Source of the DNA: a virus
Taxonomy: Duplodnaviria; Caudoviricetes
Virus record (IMG/VR): IMGVR_UViG_3300046791_000436
Span: 1 to 59,836 of that record
Reading direction: 5' to 3' (one strand)
Length of the DNA stretch: 59,836 nt
Positions 36,191 to 45,742 of the stretch are shown here, one piece after another. Every line of letters begins with the position of its first letter. Position 1 is the stretch's first letter. Position numbers and translations under genes: made by a program. The notes under the pieces are model-generated. The model had not been told where the DNA came from, searched no databases, and was given only the letters and a program-made list of their open reading frames with translations.

Positions 36191-36474
36191 ACCTCGAAAC
36201 GGCGATCGTCGTCGCCGTCTCGATCTACCGCTTCGATCCTGACTTTCTTCTCGACCTCGACATCTTCTCGTTCGACCGCCTGATGGAGATCGCTCGTCAG
36301 GCCAGGAACGACCAGATCGTCGAGGAGGCCATCGCAATGCGGAACGCCATGAACGCGGACAAGAAAGAGTTCGAGACGTTCCTGAAGCACTACGACACTC
36401 GGCCCAAGAAGGAGCCGAACCAGGCCGAGATCGAGAGAAGCAAGGCCACCTTGAGGAGAGCACTCGGTGGGTGA
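36073..36474 (+). CDS. -1 frameshift extension of the tail chaperone (gpGT-like)
   Basis: C CCT TTG at 36073-36079. The -1 frame is open to 36474 (..RLWLDLETAIVVAVSIYRFDP..). Confidence 0.7.
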   Translation, partial: PFEGAGGERVDHPESRSRRPIRKHAQRAVRGDSDDRLWLDLETAIVVAVSIYRFDPDFLLDLDIFSFDRLMEIARQARNDQIVEEAIAMRNAMNADKKEFETFLKHYDTRPKKEPNQAEIERSKATLRRALGG

Positions 36475-39400
36475 TCTCCGCGACGTTTACCAACTCGACA
36501 TCCGAGGCAACTTTGCCGACGAGATGGATCGTCTGCAGATCGAGATCAACGAATCTCGTAGAGCCTGGGAACGTCTGGCCGACTCCTTCAGAGGAAGAGG
36601 AGCTGATCTCCGGACAGCGGACGAAGAACTAGAAGCAGCCGCACTGACTCTTGCCGGAGTAACGGATGGCGCAGTGCAGGCCAAGACAGAACTGCGGCAG
36701 CTGACCAGCGCAGAAAAGGCTCTGGCAAACGCCAGCAACCGATTGGTTGCCGAACAGAACGCACTGAATGAGACCCGCATCGTCGAGCTGCAAGTGCTCG
36801 ACCAGCTGCAGAAGCAAGCAGATCCCAGGATCATCGCAGCTCGGGCAGAAACCGCAGCACTGAAACGTCTCACCGCCGCTCTTACCGAAGAAGCCGCGCA
36901 GAGGATCTTCCAAGAGAAGGCCGCCGCCGCAGGCCTGCAGGTCAGTGCAGACGGGAAGCGCCTCTTCAACGCCGAAGCCATCGCAGCCGAACGCGCCGCC
37001 AAGGCCGTGCAGAAGTTGGCCATCGCGGAACAGCTTCGCCAACAGAACCGAGACGAGGCAGGAAACCTCTTCGCTGCTGTTCCCCAAGGCCCCGGCCTCT
37101 CTGGCAAGACCATCGATGCGGAAGCCAAGAAGCGCACGCCTGCGCAGGCAGCCCTTGCCGCGCAGCAAAAGAAGTTCTTCGACGAAGAACTGAAGCAACA
37201 GAAGACGCTTCTAGGGTTGCCTGATCCGTTCGTCGGAAAGCAGAAGACTCTCGCAGAAGTCACCAAGGAAGGAGCAAAGTCAGACGGAGTATTCAACCGA
37301 GTCTCGTTCACCTTCCGAAGACTGATCGGGATCATGGCCGCGTTTACCGTGGCTAGGATCGTGGTAGGCGGATTCAAAGACATGATCGTAGGAGCGATCA
37401 AGTTCAATGCAGCCATCGAGTCGACTCGAGTTGGTTTGACAGGCCTGATCACGGCTTCTGCAGAAGTTCGCGATCTGCAAGGCCAACGACTCTCTCTCGA
37501 TGAGCAGCTGAATCGAGCGCAGAACATCTCGATCCAGCAGATGGACAAGTTGAGAGCCAACGCATTGACCACGGCCGCTAGCTATGAGCAGCTCGCCGAA
37601 GCGTTCACGCAAGCCGTAGCTCCGGGGCTGACCGCCGGCCTGACGCTCGATCAGATCAGGAAGGTCACTACCGAAATCAGCCAGGCCGCCACAGGCCTTG
37701 GCGTGGCCCAGAACCAACTGTCCGAAGAGATCCGTTCCCTGTTCCAAGGCACCATCACACCGAGAAACACTCGCATCGCGACGGCCCTGGGAATCAACAA
37801 CGAAGACATCAGAAGAGCCAAGGAACTAGGAACCCTCTTCGATTTCCTGCAAGGTAGGTTTGCAGCTATCTCCGCTACTGGGCAGCGCCTGATGAACACG
37901 TTCACAGGCCAACTGTCGAATGCTGCTGACGCCTTTCAGCAGCTTCTGGCCACCACAAGTAGACCCCTTTTCGAGCAACTCAAAGGAGGTCTAGCTGATC
38001 TGCAGAAAGGCATTTTCAATGTTGTAAACGAACAAGCAATCTTCAAACCCGAAGCTGTCAACGTATTCAAAGGCCTATTCGAAGGTCTTGCCAGAGGAGC
38101 AGAAGGGGTTCGTAGGGCTTTTCAAGCCATCAATATCCGAGGCTTGTCAGACAGTCTCGGTCTGGTAGGGGAAGTTCTTGGAACAGCAGCTACTGCCATA
38201 GCAAAAGCCTTCTCAACCTTCTTCACTATCGCCGCTCCCTCTGTCACACTGCTAAAAACAGTCTTCGCTCTTCTTACAGCGATCGTGAACATAGGAGGAG
38301 TGCTAGATAAGGTCTTCCTAGGATTCCCATCGACTTTCGTTTCTCTCGCAGGAAAGCTGACCTTCTTCTTGTTCACCATGAACAAGGTGAAAGCCGTTGT
38401 CCTCTTGATCGGCAAGGCCTTTCAGACCGTCGCAAGAATTATGGCTCTGGGACAGAAGGCCACTCTTCTCCTGGTCACGGCGACCACGAGCTGGGGAAAG
38501 GCTGTCGCCTTCGTTCGCGTGAATCTCCTGAAACTGCTGCTCCCCTTGTTAGCTGTGGCAGCGGCCTTCACTCTGATCACCAAACTGCTGCCGGAGCAAA
38601 CCACAGAAAAACTCTTCGATGGCATTGGAAACGCCATCAACTTCCTTCTCGAGGGAGTCGACAAAGTCTTCGATCGAATCGTCAAGCTGCCTGAAGAGGC
38701 CAAGAACGCTACCAAGGAAGGCCTCGGCATTCTGGTCAACCAGCTCAAGGAGCTAACAGCCGACCTAGCCGATGTCTCCAAGACCCTGAAAGACGAACTC
38801 CGCTCCTTCGCAAATCAAGGGATAGCTTCCGATGCAACCTTCGGTCTCTCTTCGGAACAAGAAGCCAGGACGAGACAATTCTTCGCTACCTATCACAAGG
38901 GAATCGAAGACGCAGAAAAAGCACTAGAGCAGCAGTTGGCTATAGAAAAACAGGTAAAGGAGTTGGAAGAAAAGAGAACCAAACTCCAGAAAGAGTCTGC
39001 GACCCTCAACGCTTCTAACGCCCCCATCATAGCTGCAGAAAGAGCAGCACAACAACAGCTGCTCTCCATCCAGACCAAGCTGAACAAAGCGAGGAAAGAA
39101 CTAGAGGCCTCCCAAACCACAGGCATCCCGATAGCTCTGCCTCTCCTCTCCGAAAACAAAGCCCTATCCGAAAAGATCAAGAAACTGGAGCAAGAAGAAG
39201 CGACAGCCAAAACCATTCTGAACATCCGAAGAGAGTCCCTGAAACTCACCAACGACGAAACGGCGGTGAACAAGGATCTTAAGACCACTTCAGAACAGAT
39301 CTTGTCGCTGCAAGAGCAGGTCAACGAATCCAACAGAATCAGAGTAGAGTTGGCAGACAAGGCCCTTGCTAATGCCATCGCAGAAGAAGGCATAGCCGCT

Positions 39401-40714
39401 CGTAGAAACGAAAAGGAGTTGAGAAGGCAAATCCCGAAAGCAGACCTAGGAGCAGAAGCAGAGAAAGCAAGGTTGGCTGCTCTGATTTCCTTTAGCGATA
39501 GGGAGCTGGAAGCAGCCAATGCTAATATCGCTGCTCAAGAAGCAGAACTCGCTTTAAGCGAGTTGCAGGCCACACACCATAAGGACATCGCCGATCAGCT
39601 AGACAAGATCATCATCGCTCGCGGCGTCGCCACAGAAGAAGGGAAGGCAGCTGTGGTGTCCCTCGAGTTGGAACTCGACAGGATGCGAAAGCTCTTCAAC
39701 CTGGATGAGGGTCGTCTGTCTAGTCTGAAGAAGATCGCTCAACTAGAAGCAGAACGAAGAAGGCAAGAAGCCGAAGGTTCCATCGGACAAGGAATCACAC
39801 AAGGCCTCCAAAAGTTCGCTGCAGAGAACAGAGGCGTCTTCAAGATCGGAGAAAATCTCGCTACCGGGTTCGCCGAAGGCCTCAGTTCCGCTGTCGGCCA
39901 ATCTGTGCGCGCTGCGTTGACCAGCGACGATGTTGGCGGCGCCATCCGCGAAATCGCCAAGAACTTCGCTCTGGACATCGTCACCGGCTTCGTGACCGAT
40001 GCTACGAAGTCGGCCCTCTCGAGCCTGCTGATCGAAGCCCCAATCAAGACAGCCACTGAAACAGCTTCAGGAGCAGCCTCTGGAACAGCCGCAGGAGAGG
40101 CCATGGCCATCGCAGCTACTCCTGGTCTGGCTGCTGCCGGAATTGGATCAGGAGAATCCATGAGCTTGACTGCTGCTCCTGGTTTGATCGCGGCCGGAGC
40201 TGCCGCAGGAGAGGCTTTTGCTCTTGCTGCCGCTACCGCCAAAGCAGCCACTCTCGGCATTGCCAAGGGAGGAAAGATCGTGGACGGTCGAGTCCGCCAG
40301 GGCTTCTCCTTCGGCGGCGGTGTCACCCGGCGCCCGCAACGGCAGCTGGGCATGGATGCCAGAGACACGATCCCGGCCATGCTCCGCAAAGGCGAATGGG
40401 TCATCCGCCCCGAAGCCGTGCGTCTCTATGGCGACCAGTTCCTCTCGATGCTGAACCGCGGCAGGATCAACCCTGCAGCCCTTCGAGGCGTGGCTGGCCC
40501 TAGCGGCCCTCCACCGACACCGAAGGTCAGCTTCGCCACGGGCGGCCCTGTGCAGCAGATCAGGCAATCCAGGCAACAGCAGAAGCCCCAGGTGGTGGTG
40601 CAGTTCTTCGACGAGCAGGTGATGTCCCGAGCGCTGGCTTCAGGTCCCGAGTCCACTCTTCGCTTTGCCCGCCAGAAGAGGTCCGGTTACCGTGCTGCTC
40701 TCGGAATCACCTGA
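36467..40714 (+). CDS. Tape measure protein
   Basis: 1415 aa, Ala/Leu-rich coiled-coil with central hydrophobic segments; C-terminal DTIPAMLRKGEWV. Confidence 0.92.
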   Translation: MGDLRDVYQLDIRGNFADEMDRLQIEINESRRAWERLADSFRGRGADLRTADEELEAAALTLAGVTDGAVQAKTELRQLTSAEKALANASNRLVAEQNALNETRIVELQVLDQLQKQADPRIIAARAETAALKRLTAALTEEAAQRIFQEKAAAAGLQVSADGKRLFNAEAIAAERAAKAVQKLAIAEQLRQQNRDEAGNLFAAVPQGPGLSGKTIDAEAKKRTPAQAALAAQQKKFFDEELKQQKTLLGLPDPFVGKQKTLAEVTKEGAKSDGVFNRVSFTFRRLIGIMAAFTVARIVVGGFKDMIVGAIKFNAAIESTRVGLTGLITASAEVRDLQGQRLSLDEQLNRAQNISIQQMDKLRANALTTAASYEQLAEAFTQAVAPGLTAGLTLDQIRKVTTEISQAATGLGVAQNQLSEEIRSLFQGTITPRNTRIATALGINNEDIRRAKELGTLFDFLQGRFAAISATGQRLMNTFTGQLSNAADAFQQLLATTSRPLFEQLKGGLADLQKGIFNVVNEQAIFKPEAVNVFKGLFEGLARGAEGVRRAFQAINIRGLSDSLGLVGEVLGTAATAIAKAFSTFFTIAAPSVTLLKTVFALLTAIVNIGGVLDKVFLGFPSTFVSLAGKLTFFLFTMNKVKAVVLLIGKAFQTVARIMALGQKATLLLVTATTSWGKAVAFVRVNLLKLLLPLLAVAAAFTLITKLLPEQTTEKLFDGIGNAINFLLEGVDKVFDRIVKLPEEAKNATKEGLGILVNQLKELTADLADVSKTLKDELRSFANQGIASDATFGLSSEQEARTRQFFATYHKGIEDAEKALEQQLAIEKQVKELEEKRTKLQKESATLNASNAPIIAAERAAQQQLLSIQTKLNKARKELEASQTTGIPIALPLLSENKALSEKIKKLEQEEATAKTILNIRRESLKLTNDETAVNKDLKTTSEQILSLQEQVNESNRIRVELADKALANAIAEEGIAARRNEKELRRQIPKADLGAEAEKARLAALISFSDRELEAANANIAAQEAELALSELQATHHKDIADQLDKIIIARGVATEEGKAAVVSLELELDRMRKLFNLDEGRLSSLKKIAQLEAERRRQEAEGSIGQGITQGLQKFAAENRGVFKIGENLATGFAEGLSSAVGQSVRAALTSDDVGGAIREIAKNFALDIVTGFVTDATKSALSSLLIEAPIKTATETASGAASGTAAGEAMAIAATPGLAAAGIGSGESMSLTAAPGLIAAGAAAGEAFALAAATAKAATLGIAKGGKIVDGRVRQGFSFGGGVTRRPQRQLGMDARDTIPAMLRKGEWVIRPEAVRLYGDQFLSMLNRGRINPAALRGVAGPSGPPPTPKVSFATGGPVQQIRQSRQQQKPQVVVQFFDEQVMSRALASGPESTLRFARQKRSGYRAALGIT

Positions 40715-42519
40715 TGCTCCTCTGGCACGACAGCTTCGGCTACGCGCACACTGACCACTTCGCGTTCCAGTATCCGTCCTACGTCGGAACGCCATCGACC
40801 GTCGCGCACCGAGTGCAGGGTAGCCGAGCCCTGACCGGCGCTTTCTTGCGCTTCTCCTTGCCGACCCTCACAGCTCCGCTGACCGACACCTGCATCATCG
40901 GCCTGCTGCTGAATGTCTCTTCCATCGATCCTAGCTGGAACAACCTGATCGAGATTCGAACGTCAGGCGGAAGCTCAATCCAAGTGCGCTTTCTTTTGGA
41001 AAGCATCGACGCCAACTACTTTCAGATCCGCGTCGAAAGGGGCCAGAACGACGATCTACTTCTAGTCTCTCCTCATCTAGAGAAGAACAAATGGATGTTC
41101 TTGGAGATCAAAGCAACAATCCTGACTTCAGAAGCCAAGATCATCCTACGTTTGGATGGAACAGAAATAGCCAGAGCAGAAGGATTGAGAACAGAAGCAG
41201 GTGTCGTGGACAGGCATTGGGATTCGATCAGGATTTCCACCACCAATCCAATCGCTGATCTCTATCTTCTCGACGACAAGAGCGATCACGGTCTGACCTA
41301 CACCACCTTCCTTGGTCCGGTGAAGCACAGCAAGTTCATCTGCGGCAAGGAACAGTCCTGGGAATGGGCCAACACCCTGGCGCCCGTGATCGGATCTGCG
41401 AAGACGCGACTCGTTGTTCTTGCCGGGCAGAGCAACATGCTTGGCCGAGGCTTCTCTGCCTCCTCCGTCCGCTGGAGGAGCCTCAACACCAAGATAAGGA
41501 TCTGGGACCGCATCCAACACGCCGCTGCCTGGGACAGCCTCAAGGCTCTGGCCAACACATCGGGCATGTTCCTCGTCCCTCCTGTCTCCACATTCTGGGG
41601 CCCGGAAATGCGCTTCGCGGAACGGGTAGCCTTGCTCTACGAGAACGCCGCTCTCTCAGGAACTCCTAGCGTGCGGATCGTCAAAGGAGCTCAGGACGCC
41701 AGCTACCTGTTCCCAACAGTCGCCGACTTCTGCTGGAATCCTGGCGTCGCCAACAACCTCTACAACGGCAATCCGGTGTCTGGCCGCAGCAGCCTGCTTC
41801 TGGATGTGCAAGCTGCGGTAGCTGATCTAGGAGGTTGGTCGAACATCGAGAGAGTGGATTTCTTCTGGTATCAAGGAGAGAGCGATTCTTTAAACGCTAT
41901 AGCTCCCTTCTACTATGGATACCTGAAGCAGCTGATGGCTCAAGTGAGGCTGGATTTTCTAGCCCCTCTCACGATCCATGTCCTTCGGATACCAACCAGA
42001 AGCTCGTTTGTCACAGCGCAGGGATTCAATGGTAATCTGATCAGAGAGTTCCAGAGAGACTATGCTAGGGAGTTTTCGGATGCTCGCATGCTCGATCTAG
42101 ACGGCTGCGATATGCCTCTCAACGACATCCACCATACTGAGCTTGGATTCGATAAAGTCGGAGATGTGGTGTTCGAGAGCTGGGTAAGGGAACAGAACTT
42201 CAGAACCTACATTGACGATTATTCGGCAGCAGCTGCTCTTGACGATCTCTATATCGCCTCTAGTGTCTTGAAGCCAGCTAGCTTGGCTTCCTTCTCTCCT
42301 GAAGGGAGAGAGAGTGCGTTGAACAGCCCTTGTTTAGGTCTAGCGAGCAAGATGCAAGCCTCCTCTCCTGCCCCTGGAGTGACCTTCATCAACGAAGCTG
42401 GAGGAATACTTTTCCCTGGAGTGCTTGTTTCAACTGCTTCTTGGCAGAACTTTCGACAAACGGTTGCTAGGATCCAGAAACCAGAAGAGCTGGAAGTCCC
42501 CATCAAGCTGCACCTCTAA
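40714..42519 (+). CDS. Tail protein with beta-sandwich N-terminus and sialate O-acetylesterase-like (SGNH) domain
   Basis: LAGQSNM, WGPE, WYQGESD and DIHH. Confidence 0.8.
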   Translation: MLLWHDSFGYAHTDHFAFQYPSYVGTPSTVAHRVQGSRALTGAFLRFSLPTLTAPLTDTCIIGLLLNVSSIDPSWNNLIEIRTSGGSSIQVRFLLESIDANYFQIRVERGQNDDLLLVSPHLEKNKWMFLEIKATILTSEAKIILRLDGTEIARAEGLRTEAGVVDRHWDSIRISTTNPIADLYLLDDKSDHGLTYTTFLGPVKHSKFICGKEQSWEWANTLAPVIGSAKTRLVVLAGQSNMLGRGFSASSVRWRSLNTKIRIWDRIQHAAAWDSLKALANTSGMFLVPPVSTFWGPEMRFAERVALLYENAALSGTPSVRIVKGAQDASYLFPTVADFCWNPGVANNLYNGNPVSGRSSLLLDVQAAVADLGGWSNIERVDFFWYQGESDSLNAIAPFYYGYLKQLMAQVRLDFLAPLTIHVLRIPTRSSFVTAQGFNGNLIREFQRDYAREFSDARMLDLDGCDMPLNDIHHTELGFDKVGDVVFESWVREQNFRTYIDDYSAAAALDDLYIASSVLKPASLASFSPEGRESALNSPCLGLASKMQASSPAPGVTFINEAGGILFPGVLVSTASWQNFRQTVARIQKPEELEVPIKLHL

Positions 42520-44780
42520 TGTCTGCCGTCCCAGGAAGTATCTTCGCTCTCGAGTTCGAAGCTCTGACCCTGTCGACGGAGTTTCCCGAACCGATCCCTT
42601 TGCCTATGTCCGGAGGGTTGCCTACCAACCCTCTGAACTTCCCAGCCAACTGGGAAGCCGAGATCTCTATCCAGACCCGGTGGCAGACCGATGTCACCCG
42701 TCCGAGCGATAGCTCCAGAACAGAGCGCTGGTCGCTCTCCTCGAGACCGTCCAAGCGCATGAAGGCGAAGATCTCCGGCCTGAGCAAGGACGAGAGCCAT
42801 GCCGTCCTGCAGGCCGCCTTCAGGCACACAGAGGCCTTCGGAAGCCCTGTGCCGCTCTACCCGGATGCCGTAGCTGTGACCTCGGCTACGGGCTTGGTGA
42901 TCCAGGGAGACTTCCGGCGCCGGAGGTTCTTCACCAACGGGCGTGTGGTGGTCTTCCCTTCTCGACACACCGTCCTGAGAGGCGACAACGTCGTCTTCCA
43001 TGCCATCCTGAAGGAGATCACTCCGACAGCGATCACGATCGACGCTGCCCCTCGAGCGATCACCAACCTAGACATGGTGGTCCCCTGCTTCGATGCAGAA
43101 CTGATCGAGCAGAACTCCGGCACCTCCCAGACCAACGATCTGTGGGAGACGGAGATCGAATGGAACGAAGTCGAGGGCGCCTCGGCTCTGCCTGCTCTCT
43201 GGCCAGCCTGCACGCCAGGCAACGCAGAGATCCTCTCTCCAGTATGCGAAATCTTGGATGGGCTGCCCATCTTCCCTTTCGACCCGAACTGGGCCGACGG
43301 GATCGATGTGAGCCCGAGCAGGGACATGGAATCCAACCCCTCTGGGCGCTCGAGGATCCAGAGCCCAGGAGGGCCTCCCTTCCATACGATCAGGATGACC
43401 CTGACCGGCTACGACCGAGAACGCAGCTGGAACATCCTGCGCTTCTTCGACTCTATGCGCGGGAGAGCGGGCGATTTCTACCTGATTCATCCTCTGCGGC
43501 CTTGGACCTTCAATGCGGTGCCAGCAACAGACCGTGCCTACATCAAAGCCGTAGGAAGTGTCGAAGGAATCCTGTTCTTCAGAAAAGTAGTTCTGACCAG
43601 AGCTAACGGAACAAAGATAACACGACACATCAACGATGTTGTCGATCTTGGAGATCGTTTTTCCTTGGTCTTCTCTGTTGCTCTTCCTGACACAGCTTTC
43701 GTGGACGTGCAGCCGATCATGGTCTGCAACTTCGAGAGCGACACGATCGAAGAGTCGTGGGCCACGACCGAAGTGATCCCTTCCATGGAAGTGGTCATGA
43801 TCGAGAACACCGATCCTGGTCCCACCTCTGCCACCAACCAGACCGAACTCCTCTTCGGGCCGGTCTTCCCCGCCTTCCTCGAGATCGAGGGCCTGAACCT
43901 CCTCTTCCGCGCCGGAACAGGCTGCGCTCGAGACGATGGTCTGATCTCTTCTGCTGTCCCGAGCTCCGCTGCGGTTCCTCGCAGCTCCCTGGACAGCAGA
44001 GTGGCCCGCTGGACCGACAACAGCGCCGGTCCGGACAGGCAGCAGAGGCAGGACAGGGTCCCCAGAGTCCTGGTCGACACCACGGGCAGGCCCTCGTTGA
44101 TTCGCTTCCCTCAGAACTTCGAGAACAACAAGCAGCTATCGATCCTAGAGCCGACCTTCTCCTTGGATTTCCAGACGCTCACCACCACGCCAACGTCCCA
44201 ACGATCCTTGTGGTCCTCGGATGGCTGGACCGTGACGATCTGTTTCTCACCCACGAGCTTCAACTACGCCAGCAGCGACCGCTACCTGATCAGGATCGAG
44301 GATGCCTCGGGCGCCGTGTTCAGCCTAAGGATCGACTCCAACGGCTTCACGGGACCAGGACGAGTGCGTGTGGCGGCGAAGGATGCTGCCGGCGGCGGGC
44401 ATTCCACAGGCTTCTCGGTCGACCTCTACGATCCCCTGCAGTTCCCCGCAGCGGTCTACATCACCGTGAGAGTCAGTGCTTCCGACAACAAGCTCAGGGT
44501 CTGGGCCAACGGACAACAGGCTTTGACTGCTTCGCTGGCTTGCCCTGGAGGCCTCTGGCTCTCCTCGATCTACACCATTTCCCAGTGGTTCGGCGGCCTT
44601 TCTACTGGCCCGAACTTGCCAGAACCGTCTTTCTTGAAAGACCTCTTCGGCAAGTTCGGTTGCGCTAATCTGCTGGTCTCCTACGATAGGCCTCTAGACA
44701 TTGACGACGTAAACAAAGTCCATCTAATCGTGTCTGATATGTTCAGAACGACGAAAGCAACTTCGAGTCTCTACGCATGA
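42519..44780 (+). CDS. Distal tail / baseplate protein with C-terminal lectin-like domain
   Basis: TERWSL..RP.K, PNW and FFDSMRGRAGDFY; beta-rich C-terminus. Confidence 0.65.
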   Translation: MSAVPGSIFALEFEALTLSTEFPEPIPLPMSGGLPTNPLNFPANWEAEISIQTRWQTDVTRPSDSSRTERWSLSSRPSKRMKAKISGLSKDESHAVLQAAFRHTEAFGSPVPLYPDAVAVTSATGLVIQGDFRRRRFFTNGRVVVFPSRHTVLRGDNVVFHAILKEITPTAITIDAAPRAITNLDMVVPCFDAELIEQNSGTSQTNDLWETEIEWNEVEGASALPALWPACTPGNAEILSPVCEILDGLPIFPFDPNWADGIDVSPSRDMESNPSGRSRIQSPGGPPFHTIRMTLTGYDRERSWNILRFFDSMRGRAGDFYLIHPLRPWTFNAVPATDRAYIKAVGSVEGILFFRKVVLTRANGTKITRHINDVVDLGDRFSLVFSVALPDTAFVDVQPIMVCNFESDTIEESWATTEVIPSMEVVMIENTDPGPTSATNQTELLFGPVFPAFLEIEGLNLLFRAGTGCARDDGLISSAVPSSAAVPRSSLDSRVARWTDNSAGPDRQQRQDRVPRVLVDTTGRPSLIRFPQNFENNKQLSILEPTFSLDFQTLTTTPTSQRSLWSSDGWTVTICFSPTSFNYASSDRYLIRIEDASGAVFSLRIDSNGFTGPGRVRVAAKDAAGGGHSTGFSVDLYDPLQFPAAVYITVRVSASDNKLRVWANGQQALTASLACPGGLWLSSIYTISQWFGGLSTGPNLPEPSFLKDLFGKFGCANLLVSYDRPLDIDDVNKVHLIVSDMFRTTKATSSLYA

Positions 44781-45742
44781 TTCCCCTCATCAAGGAATAC
44801 AAGAAGTCGACACCGCTAATTTCGATCAAGTGCGGAACGGCCATCAATATCTACATCACCACATCAAAGACTCCCATCACCAGCGATGGCGTGACCTGGC
44901 TGTCTGATCCGACGCTCGACGTGGAGCTACCGAAGCAATCCGGCTTCCTCGAACAAGAACCCTGCATCGTCACCTTGTCCAGAAACAGCCTGATCCCTGC
45001 GGTCCGCGCTCTGGCAGAACTCCTCTCGCAACCAAGAGCCGCTCCTCCGATGTCCGTTGGCATCGCCAACCTCTTGGAGTCTGCGCCGGAAGACACGCAG
45101 AGAGTGAACCTCTACGAAGGGATAGGCTTCAAACTGTCGAGAAATCCAGAAGGCCAAAAAGGCAAGCTGAAGATCTACTTCCTGCCAGAGTTCCTTCTCT
45201 ATATGGCAGAATCTACCCTAGGAAGAAGGGTAGACGCCTCGTGCGACCATGTTTATGGCGGTTTGGGTTGCTATGTCGACATCACCCAGTATTTCGATCC
45301 AGCAAGCTACTACCCAAACCAGCTCAAGAAGATCAAGAGAGCAAAGGTCACCTGTTCCGTCTTCTCTGTCCACACAGCCCGTCAGCTGACCTTGACCTTG
45401 GACCCCTCCTTCCACACCGGCTATGTCGGACCTTTCGGACAGTTCCAGAAGACCTTGACGCTGCAACCGAAAGGATGGTGGGTGCGTGGCTTCCTCGAGA
45501 AAGACGGTCTTCGAATCAGCATCGTCGACTGGCGCTACAACGACACAGCTAACATAGGAACGGACATCTTCATCCTCTCACAGGTTCCTCCGCTGGATTG
45601 GAATGGAGCACAGCTGACCCTGATCCCTGGCTGCCAACGAACCAAAGAAGCTTGTGCAGACAGGAACAACTCAGAGCAGTTCGGAGCCTTGGGGTATGGA
45701 ATCCCTGCCTACAATCCGACTACCGAAACAGACGACAGGTAA
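44777..45742 (+). CDS. Tail hub protein (DUF2163/BR0599, gpL-like)
   Basis: Four-Cys pattern CDHVYGGLGC...PGCQRTKEAC, then NN..QFG. Confidence 0.8.
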   Translation: MIPLIKEYKKSTPLISIKCGTAINIYITTSKTPITSDGVTWLSDPTLDVELPKQSGFLEQEPCIVTLSRNSLIPAVRALAELLSQPRAAPPMSVGIANLLESAPEDTQRVNLYEGIGFKLSRNPEGQKGKLKIYFLPEFLLYMAESTLGRRVDASCDHVYGGLGCYVDITQYFDPASYYPNQLKKIKRAKVTCSVFSVHTARQLTLTLDPSFHTGYVGPFGQFQKTLTLQPKGWWVRGFLEKDGLRISIVDWRYNDTANIGTDIFILSQVPPLDWNGAQLTLIPGCQRTKEACADRNNSEQFGALGYGIPAYNPTTETDDR